DNA of 32,877 nucleotides, taken from contig NW_021832149.1 in assembly GCF_006345805.1 (NCBI RefSeq), positions 1 through 32,877 on the forward strand, in the 5' to 3' direction. The notes under the pieces are model-generated. The model worked only from the letters and a program-made list of their open reading frames with translations, searched no databases and was not told the origin of the DNA. Made by a program: the position numbers and the translations under genes. Below are positions 22,307 to 32,877 of this stretch, in pieces (within the stretch, counting starts at the first letter, position 1; every line of letters starts with the position of its first letter). Origin of the DNA: Octopus sinensis (taxonomy: Eukaryota).

Positions 22307-22905
22307 GTTTCTTTACTGCCCACAAGGGGCTAAACACAGAGAGGGGGCAAACAAGGACAGACAAACGGATTAAGTCGATTACACCGACCCCAGTGCGTAA
22401 CTGGTACTTAATTTATCGACCCCCGAAAGGATGAAAGGCAAAGTCGACCTCGGCGGAATTTGAACTTAGAACGTAACGGCAGACGAAATACCTATTTCTT
22501 TACTGCCCATAAGGGGCTAAACACAGAGAGGAGACAAACAAGGACAGACAAACGGATTAAGTCGATTACACCGACCCCAGTGCGTAACTGGTACTTAATT
22601 TATCGACCCCCAGAAAGGATGAAAGGCAAAGTCGACCTCGGCGGAATTTGAACTCAGAACGTAACGGCAGACGAAATACCTATTTCTTTACTGCCCATAA
22701 AGGGCTAAACACAGAGAGGAGACAAACAAGGACAGACAAACGGATTAAGTCGATTACACCGACCACAGTGCGTAACTGGTACTTAATTTATCGACCCCCG
22801 AAAAGATGAAAGGTAAAGTCGACCTCGGTGGAATTTGAACTCAGAACGTAACGGCAGACGAAATACGGCTACGCATTTCGCCCCGCGTGCTAACGGTTCT
22901 GCCAG
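22307..22905 (-). mobile_element. SINE C: one head plus 3 tandem ~187-bp body/tail units
   Basis: Junction aaagaaatag|gtatttcgtctg at 22491 and 22679. Confidence 0.9.
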
Positions 22906-22965
22906 CTTTCCGCCTTCGTGTCCCTAAAATCTTTAACACAAATGAGCAAGCGAAGTGTGCATGTA

Positions 22966-23527
22966 CTGGGTTGTCCGGAAAGTTCGTACCGATTTTTAAA
23001 GGAAGGAAAAGGTCAATAAATACTTGCCCTTACACTTTTAATGAACCAAATATGAACCATTTTGTTGCACAATGCGTCTCCATCTTTCCTTTACCTTGAA
23101 AATACCCTCTTTCCAGAATTGAGGTGGTTTCATGGCAAAGAATTCATCAAGGTATCTTTTTACGTCATCCAAGGAATTGAAATTTTTACCATTAAGACTA
23201 TTCTGCAGAGACCTGAATAAGTGTAAATCCGAAGGAGCAACATTTGGTGAATATGTAGGGTGGGGTAACACATCCCAGCCGAGCTGCAGCAATTTTTGTC
23301 TGGTTCCCAAAGCATCAAGTGCTGAAAATGAACTTTGTTATCTTCCATTTCAAAGGGTTACATAATTAACACAGGTTATAGGAACATAAACCTTCTTCCT
23401 CGAAAAGATAGTTTAAACTGTGCTCTAAATGGAGGTGTAGTCAAATCCTATTTTATGGACTCAACCACGTTCTAAAATAAGTCGAAAGGTAAGCTACTAT
23501 AATCGGCACGAACTTTCCGGACAACCA

Positions 23528-23528
<1 letters not shown>
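22966..23528 (-). mobile_element. Internally deleted mariner (mellifera-like), 563 bp
   Basis: ~28-bp TIRs ggttgtccggaaagttcgt(a/g)ccgatt with TA flanks; MEDNKVHFQHLML joined to ...HPTYSPNVAPSDLHLFRSLQNSLNG...QNGSY. Confidence 0.9.
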
Positions 23529-23575
<47 letters not shown>

Positions 23576-23630
23576 TATAAACCAGCTTAGAAGAAGAAAC
23601 GAAACGAAACGAATCGAATCGAATCGACGC

Positions 23631-23679
<49 letters not shown>

Positions 23680-23865
23680 ATTTGTATTTATGTAACATTC
23701 TCCGTTTTTTTCCGTTCTTGTTTTCGTATTACATTCGCTGTTTTTCCAAAGAATCTAATGCTCTTAGCTTATTTTTGTCCTTGGGGCTGGCCAGATTGGA
23801 GCAATCACGAGTATAACCAGCCGAAATTGCAAAGATAATCTCGAACTCGACTGAGGAAAGAGACC

Positions 23866-23941
23866 GATAGAATAAGTACTGGGCTTCCAAAGAATAAGTC
23901 CTGGGGTCGATTTGAAACAAGTAAAAGAGAGTAAAAGAGTG
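23866..23941 (+). mobile_element. SINE A tail fragment
   Basis: gaccgatagaataagtactgggctt...gaaacaagtaaaagag. Confidence 0.75.
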
Positions 23942-24189
23942 TATACATACATACATACATACATACATACATACATACATACATACATACATACATACAT
24001 ACATGCTTACATGCATACATACATACATGCATACATACATACATACATACATACACACACATACATACATACATAAATACATACATACATACATACATAC
24101 ACACACATACATACATACATACATACATACATACATTCATACACACATACACACATACATACATACATACATACACACACACACATACA

Positions 24190-24221
<32 letters not shown>

Positions 24222-24301
24222 CACATACATACACACATACATACACACATACATACATACATACATACATACATACATACATACATACATACATACATAC
24301 A
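23942..24301 (+). repeat. (TACA)n microsatellite
   Basis: Direct reading. Confidence 0.95.
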
Positions 24302-24303
24302 TA

Positions 24304-24467
24304 AGACGGATTTCTTTCAGTTTCCGACTACCAAATCCACTCACAAGCTTTGGTCGGCCCGATGCTTTAGTAGAAGACATTTACCCAAAGTGCCAAGCAG
24401 TGGAACTGAACCCGCAACCATGTGGTTTGGAAGCGAGCTTCTTACTACGTATCCACACATGCGCCTA
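24304..24467 (-). mobile_element. SINE A head/body, diverged
   Basis: Reverse complement of the family consensus. Confidence 0.8.
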
Positions 24468-24572
24468 TGGTAACAAATTCACGCCTGCTCCTATATAGTA
24501 ACCAATCAACACCAAATTTCTCCTTATAGATCTTTAAAAAATCCCGTTTTCCAAACAAAAATTACTATATGT

Positions 24573-24980
24573 AGGCGCAGGAGTGGCTGTGTGGTAAGTA
24601 GCTTGCTTACCAACCACATGGTTCCGGGTTCAGTCCCACTGCATGGCATCTTGGGCAAGTGTCTTCTGCTATAGCCCCAGGCCGACCAATGCCTTGTGAG
24701 TGGATTTGGTAGACGGAAACTGAAAGAAGCCTGTCGCATATATGTATATGTATATATATGTGTGTTTGTGTGTGTGTGTTTGTCCCCCTAGCATTGCTTG
24801 ACAACCGATGCTGGTGTGCTTACGTCCCCGTCACTTAGCGGTTCGGCAAAAGACCGATAGAATAAGTACTGGGCTTACAAAGAATAAGTCCTGGGGTCGA
24901 GTTGCTCGATTAAAGGCGGTGCTCCAGCATGGCCGCAGTCAAATGACTGAAACAAGTAAAAGAGTAAAAGAGAAAAAGAG
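24573..24980 (+). mobile_element. SINE A, full length
   Basis: Complete head to tail. Confidence 0.9.
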
Positions 24981-25192
24981 TATATAAAATTTCTGAACAG
25001 ACGCCTTATTGTTTGACGGTATCAGGCTTATAGAAAGCTGAATCATTATAAACTCATTAATTTTGCAAATAGTCAACCCTTCCGTAACACTGTACAAGGC
25101 TCTGTAAACTTACATATAAAAGCATGTGAAAACCTGATCCACAAGTATTTCCTCTTGTATTTAGGTATATTCACGTGTAGTTATGTGTGCGT

Positions 25193-25400
25193 ATGTTAGT
25201 TAGTTAATTTTTTGGCTCAAAAAGCAAAAAAGCAAGGCCATGTAGGGGGACATGGAGTTATGTACAGGGTGGTGTTCATGTAAAGAGTTCAGGCCACTTG
25301 TGGTCAAGGGAGACTTTGAACCGAGCGGTCGTCGGCATCTTCACCATCTTGTCCGGCAGCTTATTCCACGGATCCACAACCCGGACGGAGAAAGCCCCTG
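25193..25400 (-). mobile_element. CR1-clade LINE 3' end
   Basis: FSVRVVDPWNKLPDKMVKMPTTARFKVSLDHKW* fits the CR1 C-terminal RVV..WN.LP...FK..LD pattern; (taac)n tail. Confidence 0.75.
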
Positions 25401-25609
25401 TATGTATGTATATTTTTCTTTGGGTTTTGTTGAAGTTCTTAAGAGAGTTACTAACAAAGCAGCCAGACTTTTTGAGTTGAGAGTTCCTGGGGGTTTATTA
25501 ATATGTGTTCGTTTACACACTGTCGATGCGCACACTCAAGTATGAACTGTTGATGCACACACCGAAGTGTGTGCATCTATTCACCCAAAGGATCTCAGAC
25601 GGAGAATTC

Positions 25610-25730
25610 ACGCATAAGGTTTTGGTTGGCCCGAGGTTATCGAAGAAGACACTTGCCCAGAGTCCTACGCAGTGGGACTGAACCCGGAATCACGTGGTTT
25701 GGAAGCAGGCTTCTTACCACACAGCCGCAT
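25610..25730 (-). mobile_element. SINE A partial
   Basis: Reverse-complement head/body. Confidence 0.7.
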
Positions 25731-25857
25731 GCATTAATTCTTTGCAAAAAGGGTTGAAGCGAGCGGAGGAAAAACAGGAACTCGCCACCAAAGAAAAGCG
25801 CATTTGACGGAAGGAATTATAAAGTGGCCGAAATGAAATATTTTCTTCAATTTTAAG

Positions 25858-26275
25858 TATACTCTTTACTCTTTTACTCTTTTACTTGTTTCAGTCATTT
25901 GACTGCGGTCATGCTGGAGCACCGCCTTTAGTCGAGCAAATCGACCCCGGGACTTATTCTTTTGTAAGCCCAGTACTTATTCTATTGGTCTCTTTTGCCG
26001 AACCGCTAAGTAACGGGGACATAAACACACCAGCATCGGTTGTCAAGCGATGCTAGGGGAACAAACACAGACACACAAACACACACACGCATATATATTA
26101 TATATATATATATATATATACGACGGGCTTCTTTCAGTTTCCGTCTACCAAATCCACTCACAAGGCTTTGGTCCGGCCGAGGCTAAGTAGAAGACACTTG
26201 CCAAGGTGCCACGCAGTGGGACTGAACCCGGAACCATGTGGTTGGTAAACAAGCTACTTACCACACAGCCACTCA
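25858..26275 (-). mobile_element. SINE A, near full length
   Basis: Reverse complement from tail (tactcttt)n to head. Confidence 0.9.
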
Positions 26276-26423
26276 TGTATATGTAAAGTTATAGCAGAAG
26301 CATGTTCCCCGTTTGGCTCTCAACCTTTAAGTACCCACATTTTGACTCATCACGTGATGGTCAAGTCCCTCTAGCTTTAGCAGGTTGTCCACCCTATCAC
26401 ATGACAGACCAGCCAATTGCACT

Positions 26424-26980
26424 TTTTTTTGTTGTTTGTTCCTTCTCGAGCCATGCCTGGCTCATAAGGGCCGGTTCCCGGTTTCTTGACGTATAGGCGG
26501 CGAGCTAGCAGAAACGTTAGCACGCCGGGCGAAATGCTTAACGGTATTTCGTCTGCCGTTACGTTGTGAGTTCACATTCCGCCGAGGTCGACTTTGCCTT
26601 TCATCCTTTCGAGGTCGATAAATTAAGTACCAGTTACGCACTGGGGTCGATGTAATCGACTTAATACCTATGCCTGTCCTTGTTTGTCCCTTCTGTGTTA
26701 GCCCCTTGTGGGTAATAAAGAAATAGGTTTCTTGACGTATAGGTTCCCCACCTGGATGGGACGCCGGTCCATCGCAGGTGAGCTGCAAGATGCAGGAGGA
26801 AAGAGTGAGAAAAAGTTGTGGCGAAAGAGTCAGCAGAAGTTTCGCCATTACCTTCTGTCGGAGCCGCGTGGAGCTTAGGTGTTCCGCTCATAAACACACA
26901 CATCGCCCGGTCTGAGATTCGAACCCGCGTCCCTCGACCGCGTGTCCACTTGCTCTAACCACTAGGCCATGTGCTTCCAC
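26424..26980 (-). mobile_element. SINE B-related element with tail type 3, interrupted by SINE C
   Basis: Head gtggaagcacatggcctagtggttag; tail ctgcgatggaccggcgtcccatccag...gaaaccgggaaccggcccttatgagcc. Confidence 0.8.
26498..26725 (+). mobile_element. SINE C monomer, full length
   Basis: 18-bp TSD ggtttcttgacgtatagg (26480-26497 / 26726-26743). Confidence 0.92.
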
Positions 26981-27313
26981 CTATTGCGCTACCCTCACCT
27001 ATATAAGGAAGCCTTCCCTGCCATTTCTTCAGTGTGATGAGCTTGCACGATGGAGTCCAGATATTCGACAGAGAGCCAGTTTTATTTTCGCAGGAAGCCT
27101 CAGCCAGCCTTTGACACATACGTCTGTTTTCCTATTCTACATTGCATACATCATCGCCATGTACCATTTGCATGTTAAACCATTGTGTATACACACTGGC
27201 CGTTCCTTCAAGATGTATCTCCTACAGCTTTGCCGTCTTAACACTTTTTAACGGGGTTGAATAAATCGTTGCACTTAATCCCAGTTTCTTAATTCTTCCT
27301 TTATCTATACACG

Positions 27314-28094
27314 GCGAACTGGCAGAAACGTTAGCACGCGGGGCGAAATGCGTAGCCGTATTTCGTCTGCCGTTACGTTCTGAGTTCAAATTCCGCCGAG
27401 GTCGACTTTGCCTTTCATCCTTTCGGGGTCGATAAATTAAGCACCAGTTACGCACTGGGGACGATGTAATCGACTTAATCCGTTTGTCTGTCTTTGTTTG
27501 TCCCCTCTGTGTGTAGCCCCTTGTGGGTAGTAAAGAAATAGGTATTTCGTCTGCCGTTACGTTCTGAGTTCAAATTCCGCCGAGGTCGACTTTACCTTTC
27601 ATCCTTTCGGGGTCGATTAAATAAGTACCAGTTACGCACTGAGGTCCATATAATCGACTTAATCCATTTGTCTGTCCTTGTTTGTCCCCTCTGTGTGTAG
27701 CCCCTTGTTGGTAGTAAAGAAATAGGTATTTCGTCTGCCGTTACGTTCTGAGTTCAAATCCCGCCGAGGTCGACTTTACCTTTCATCCTTTCGGGGTCAA
27801 TTAAATAAGTACCAGTTACGCACTGGGGTCGATATAATCGACTTAATCCATTTGTCTGTCCTTGTTTGTCCTCTCTGTGTGTAGCCCCTTGTGGGTAGTA
27901 AAGAAATAGGTATTTCGTCTGCCGTTACGTTCTGAGTTCAAATCCCGCCGAGGTCGACTTTACCTTTCATCCTTTTGGGGTCGATTAAATTAGTACCAGT
28001 TACGCACTGGGGTCGATATAATCGATTTAATCCGTTTGTCTGTCCTTGTTTGTCTTCTCTGTGTTTAGCCCCTTGTGGGTAGTAATGAAATAAG
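27314..28094 (+). mobile_element. SINE C: one head plus 4 tandem 184-bp body/tail units
   Basis: Units start at 27358, 27542, 27726, 27910 with junction aaagaaatag|gtatttcgtctg. Confidence 0.92.
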
Positions 28095-28290
28095 AAACGT
28101 TAGCGCGCCAGGCAAAATGCTTAATTATAGTTCGCCGGTCTCTAAGTTCAGAGTTCGAATTCCGTCGAGGTCGACTTTGGTTTTCATTCTTTCGGGGTCG
28201 ATAAATTAAGTACCAGTGAAACACTGGGTTTCGATGTAATCGACTTATCTCCTCACACCAAAATGCTGGCCTTGTGCCAAAATTTGATAG
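28095..28290 (+). mobile_element. SINE C older variant with a different tail
   Basis: aaacgttagcgcgcc...gtcgaggtcgactttgg...caaaatgctggccttgtgccaaaatttga. Confidence 0.7.
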
Positions 28291-28398
28291 ATGTGTTTAG
28301 GGTGGTAAGCAAGCTGAATCGTTAGCATGCCGGTCTAAATTCTTAGAGAAATTTCGTCCGTCGTTACGCTCTGCGTTGAAATTCAACCGAGGTCAACA

Positions 28399-28706
28399 TA
28401 GGCGCAAGATGGCCGTGTGGTAAGTAGCTTGCTTACCAACCACATGGTTCCAGGTTCAGTCCCACTGCGTGGCACCTTGGGCAAGTGTCTTCTGCTATAG
28501 CCCCGGGCCGACCAATGCCTTGTGAGTGGATTTGGTAGACGGAAACTGAAAGAAGCCTGTCGTATATATATATATATATGTGTGTATATGTGTTTGTGTG
28601 TCTGTGTTTGTCCCCCTAGCATTGCTTGACAACCGATGCTGGTGTGTTTATGTCCCCGTCACTAGCGGTTCGGCAAAAAGAGATCGATAGAATAAGTACT
28701 GGGCTT
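28399..28706 (+). mobile_element. SINE A, 3'-truncated
   Basis: Ends at aagtactgggctt, where Helitron sequence begins. Confidence 0.85.
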
Positions 28707-28708
28707 TT

Positions 28709-28804
28709 ATTGCATTTTTTTGCTATTTTTTGGCTATAACTCTCTAAAAATGCTTTATAGTTATTTCCCTTACAAACCCGAGCAAAGCCGGGCGATACTG
28801 CTAG
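28709..28804 (+). mobile_element. Helitron 3' end only (copy 4)
   Basis: ...cccgagcaaagccgggcgatactgCTAG|T. Confidence 0.8.
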
Positions 28805-29074
28805 TTATAAATGTACGAATATTTACGTAAATCATAAATAAACCTCCGTTTAAACAAGAAATAACATGAGACATTTCATACCATTTCTAGTAATCTGGCT
28901 AGATTTACATCAAAACAGATTAACTGATAATTAAATGGGCCATGTTGTTGTATTATAAGTATACATCTACATATAATTACTTGTACATGTCAGTAGGTTA
29001 TAATTAAAGACGTTTTAACGGTTGGCGTTGAGGTTGAGAGATAATGCTAGTTTGAGTAAGGCTGCATGTATATG

Positions 29075-29370
29075 TTTCTTTATTGCCCACAAGGGGCTAA
29101 ACACAGAGGGGACAAACAAGGACAGACAAACGAATTAAGTCGATTAGATCGACCCCAGTATTTCACTGGTACTTAATTTATCGACCCCGAAAGGATGAAA
29201 GGCAAAGTCGACCTCGGCGGAATTTGAACTCAGAACGTAACGGCAGACGAAATACCTATTTCTTTACCATCCACAAGGGGCTAAACACAGAGGGGACAAA
29301 CAAGGACAGACAAACGAATTAAGTCGATTAGATCGACCCCAGTGTTTCACTGGTACTTAATTTATCGGCC
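29075..29370 (-). mobile_element. SINE C tandem body/tail units (1 full, 1 partial)
   Basis: Same junction (plus strand cagacgaaatac|ctatttcttt) at 29255. Confidence 0.85.
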
Positions 29371-30065
29371 TCGGAAGGTACCAACTAGTATTTATTTCAT
29401 AGATCCTAAAAGGATGAAAGGCTAAGTCGACCTTGGCGGAATTCGATCTCAGAACGTGAAGACGGACGAAAAGCTGGTAAGCAATTCGCCCGCCGTGCAA
29501 ACGATGCTGTCAGTTTGTCGCCTTTTGAAAGACATTATATTGATTTCAGACTTTGCACAAGGCCATCGAAATACATTTTAAGAAAAGAAAGGAAGAACAA
29601 TTAAGCGTATAAAAGATCAAATTATCGAGAAAAAAGGAAAGACGACCCATAACTAACTCACCAAGGAAACAAGGAAAACGCAAAAAGGTTAGGGTAGGAA
29701 TCAAGCTGTTGGAGGTTTTGGGAGTGAAAGATTAAAGGTCAATGACGTGTTTAGCTGAACCTCGCTGGCATCATTGCAAAGGCGTTGGTGCAGAGAGTGA
29801 ATAGCCAGCGACACTCACTGAACAGCCTGCTCAACTCGTGTGTCTCGTTTCTCACATAAGCTGCAGTTATCCCGTTTTTGCGGAGGAAATCAGCAGTGCG
29901 GGGGTCCGAGAAAACCTGAGGTCATGCTGGCGACCGGTACAAACTTATAGTGGTCGGTGAGGGCCCTAATACTTTAACGTGCGAAAAACTATTTTTCCTG
30001 CATCTGCGCTACTGATTTTGTGATGCGTCTGACATGCACATATATCTTTTGTATCATCACATATT

Positions 30066-30760
30066 TTTTTTCTCTAGTTTCAGCTCAGAGCTGCGGCCAT
30101 GCTGATGCACCGCCGTTTTGCTACACTGTTATTACTAAGAGCCTCCTCTAATATGTGGCACTTGGTGAAGCATGGAGTTTAATATAGCTACCCTCATTTG
30201 CTCCTCTTGCCGTGAGGTAGGTTCATCTGGGACTCTCGACAAGAAGAGGTTCAGCTTTGATTTGAAAACCCCTACATCTACTTTGTACAAGTTCCTCAGA
30301 CTCTTTGGGAGAATATTAAAAAGCTGTGGACCCTTGAAACCCAGGCTGTTGCAGTAACTGGTCCTGAAGCGTGATGGCATTGCTGGGACCTTTGGCACTA
30401 TGCAGTGTCGTCCCGTTCTGGCATTGGTGTAGCTTTCAATGCCAAAATTTAGCACAATTCCTTCCAGGATCTTCCAGATGTATATTACTGCATACCTCTC
30501 CCGTCTTCTCTCCAGGGAGTAGAGTCTTAGCTGTTTCAACATTTCCCAGTAGCTGAGCTGTTGCAAAGAGACGATCTTCTTTGTGAATCTTCTCTGGATT
30601 GCTTCAATGTCTGCTGTTAATTTCACACTGGTGGGTGACCATAGCTGTGAGCAGTAATTCTGACAGCTGCCCAACAACGATGACAAACAACAGAAACTAG
30701 GGTTTTGAACCTTGACCATCAGATCTTTTTGCATCTCTCGACTCGGACTATATATGTCTT
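30066..30760 (-). mobile_element. CR1-clade LINE 3' fragment with intact 3' tail
   Basis: YCSQLWSP...IQRRFTK...YSLERRRERY..IYIWKILEG...GPQLFNILP...FKSKL; stop at 30135; tail ggcggtgcatcagcatggccgcagctctgagctgaaactagag(A)n. Confidence 0.88.
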
Positions 30761-30886
30761 TCCTGTTTTAAAAGTTTAAACCCCCCAAAAAAACCGACGA
30801 CTAGATAGATGACGGCCCTCAAACTAGACTCTGAGATGCTTTTTTTTGTGGGCTTCAGACCTTTTCTAAAAAGATTATCAAAAAAG

Positions 30887-31130
30887 ATTACTGCTCACAG
30901 CTATGGTCACCCACCAGTGTGAAATTAACAGCGGACCTTGAAGCAATCCAGAGAAGATTCACAAAGAATAAGTCCTGGGGTCGATGAGGGCAGCTGCATC
31001 GAACTCTCTCATGCACCAAATGGCAATTGCTAAAAAGCATTCGTGAAGTAAAATCATGTAGCAACACCAAATGGCGGTGCCCCAGCATGGCCACAGCTTG
31101 TGAGCTGAAACTAGATAAAAATAAAAATCA
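30887..31130 (+). mobile_element. Rearranged CR1 fragment (82-bp ORF piece, SINE A piece, 3' end of a divergent subfamily)
   Basis: 30887-30968 mirrors 30577-30658; gaataagtcctggggtcgat; MRAAASNSLMHQ...; tail at 31073-31120. Confidence 0.7.
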
Positions 31131-31192
31131 ATAAAAATCACGATACCAAATGCAAAAAATGAAATGAAATGAAAGAAAAAGACAGCGGAAAC

Positions 31193-31408
31193 CTGTAAGG
31201 GCTGGACGATTTGTGTTTGACCATTGTTGCCATTTTCCTTCGCTCCATTTATTCCATTTTTATTGCCGTCGACATTACTTGTAAATCTTGTGATGCCTTC
31301 CTTGGGTTTCGACGAAAGCTCAGCTTCTTTTGTGCCAGCATCCGTCTTTACATCGTTGTTTCCTTCACCAGGCCCTTGAGTAAGGTTTCCCGCTCCCCCG
31401 CTTTCCAT
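31193..31408 (-). CDS. Probable first coding exon (72 codons, phase 0 end): [21 protein letters not shown]...[11 protein letters not shown]; low-complexity G/N/E/K-rich N-terminus
   Basis: ATG in gcaATGG context; 216 nt open; donor CAG|gtttcc is weak; phase matches exon 2. Confidence 0.55.
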
Positions 31409-31485
31409 TGCTCCGAAAAATAAAAAGCCGTTTTCTTAAAGCAAACGAAAAGTCGAAAGACCAAACAAACAATACGGAGACGAAA

Positions 31486-31700
31486 TTATGTATGTATATA
31501 TGTATATGTACGTACGTATGTATGTACGTACATACGTATGTATGTATGTATGTATGTATGTATGTATGTATGTATGTATGTATGTATGTATGTATGTATG
31601 TACGTATGTATGTATGTATGTATGTATGTACGTACGTACGTATGTACGTACGTACGTACGTACGTACGTATGTATGTATGTATGAATGTGTGTACGTATG
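31486..31700 (+). repeat. (TATG)n/(TACG)n microsatellite
   Basis: Direct reading. Confidence 0.9.
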
Positions 31701-31929
31701 TTATGTAGGTATGTGTGTGTGTATATATGTACTGGTGTATCTATGTATGTTTATACATTTATATACATATAAATACACAAGCACACATACATTCATTCAC
31801 ACATCCATACACACATACATAGAGACATACACATATACTGATGATGCATCACACACATGCGTATATAAATATATATATATATCCAGACGCACACGCGCTC
31901 ACGCAAGCGCACACATTCACATACTTGCA

Positions 31930-32130
31930 TCATGTATATATATATATATATTACACACATATTTGCATCATGTATATATATGTATATACATACATGCATA
32001 CACACATATATATATACACATATGTATATATATATACATAAATATATATATACATGTATGTATATATATATATGTATGTATGTATGTATGTATATATGTA
32101 TGTATGTATATATATGTATATATTTGTATG

Positions 32131-32183
<53 letters not shown>

Positions 32184-32184
32184 A

Positions 32185-32216
<32 letters not shown>

Positions 32217-32218
32217 TG

Positions 32219-32253
<35 letters not shown>

Positions 32254-32300
32254 CGAGAGAGAGAGAGAGAAAGAGGGAGAGGGAGGGAGAGAGAGAGAGA
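31930..32300 (+). repeat. (TA)n-rich tract followed by (GA)n
   Basis: Direct reading; similar (TA)n tracts at ~430-535, 4650-4865, 8110-8200 and elsewhere. Confidence 0.9.
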
Positions 32301-32480
32301 GAAGCAACAAACGAAAAATGACAATTCTAAAACGACTGAAACAACGACTGAAATACAAAAAAAAAATGAAACAAATCAAAAACAAATTATAAAAGAAATA
32401 TAAAAAAAGGGCGAAAAGTAAAATCTAAGTTATAAAAAAATAAAAAATTTGTACTTAAAAAAAAAAGAAAACCCAATGTT

Positions 32481-32561
<81 letters not shown>

Positions 32562-32877
32562 TATTATACAAGCAAAACGTATAGGCGATACACACACACA
32601 TGGACATGCATGCGCACACTTTCATTCATACATCCATACAAATTCATAATACACACACACCACACACACAGAGGCATAATAAGTGACACGAAAACGAAAA
32701 TCTCGCCGTATTAGGATCATCGCTTAATCATTGCATTACGCGTAAATCTTTATGACGTCATGACACTTCTGAAAACGTAAGACCGATATCAGAACGTAGT
32801 ATCAAGGCAAATATCGTGTGTGTATATGTGGTGTGTGTGTGTGCGTGGTGGTGGGGGCTGTTTGCGCGCGCGTGTGT

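Noticed and set aside
23775-23850. GGCUGG...CCAGCC-GAAA hairpin resembling hammerhead stem II
   Set aside because: No CUGANGA-like core upstream and no stem I
26990-27310. Possible exon ending TAG|gtgagg on the minus strand
   Set aside because: Stops in all frames and no good acceptor; probably a decayed repeat
28981-29061. AG/GT-bounded 81-nt island on the minus strand
   Set aside because: Stop codons in all three frames

Overview
AT-rich, repeat-dense animal genomic DNA. The SINE families match ones I recognise from octopus/coleoid genomes (inference, no search run). The window is mostly intronic. I assembled a minus-strand host gene of 7 phase-compatible coding exons (31408-31193, 22164-22071, 18471-18377, 16054-15856, 7812-7472, 1728-1647, 188-95; 373 codons, no stop, running off the left edge; unidentified, with an EF-hand-like segment), plus a possible alternative exon whose donor lies in a hairpin. 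The introns hold two mariner remnants, four non-autonomous Helitron copies, 3' fragments of R4/Dong-, RTE-, Tx1/L1- and CR1-type LINEs, at least three modular tRNA-derived SINE families and many microsatellites. Most notable: (i) seven minimal type-I hammerhead-ribozyme-like motifs in Penelope-type repeats with covarying stem I, two of them in a 406-bp tandem unit with retrozyme-like architecture; (ii) two adjacent, oppositely oriented piggyBac-type MITEs whose left ends are expanded into 9x and 7x ~169-bp arrays, forming a 3.7-kb foldback next to an exon; (iii) SINE multimers sharing one exact tandem junction at three loci; (iv) two SINE-LINE tail partnerships visible inside the window. Coordinates were counted by hand; repeat boundaries may be off by a few bases. 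No ribozyme activity, expression or novelty has been tested.
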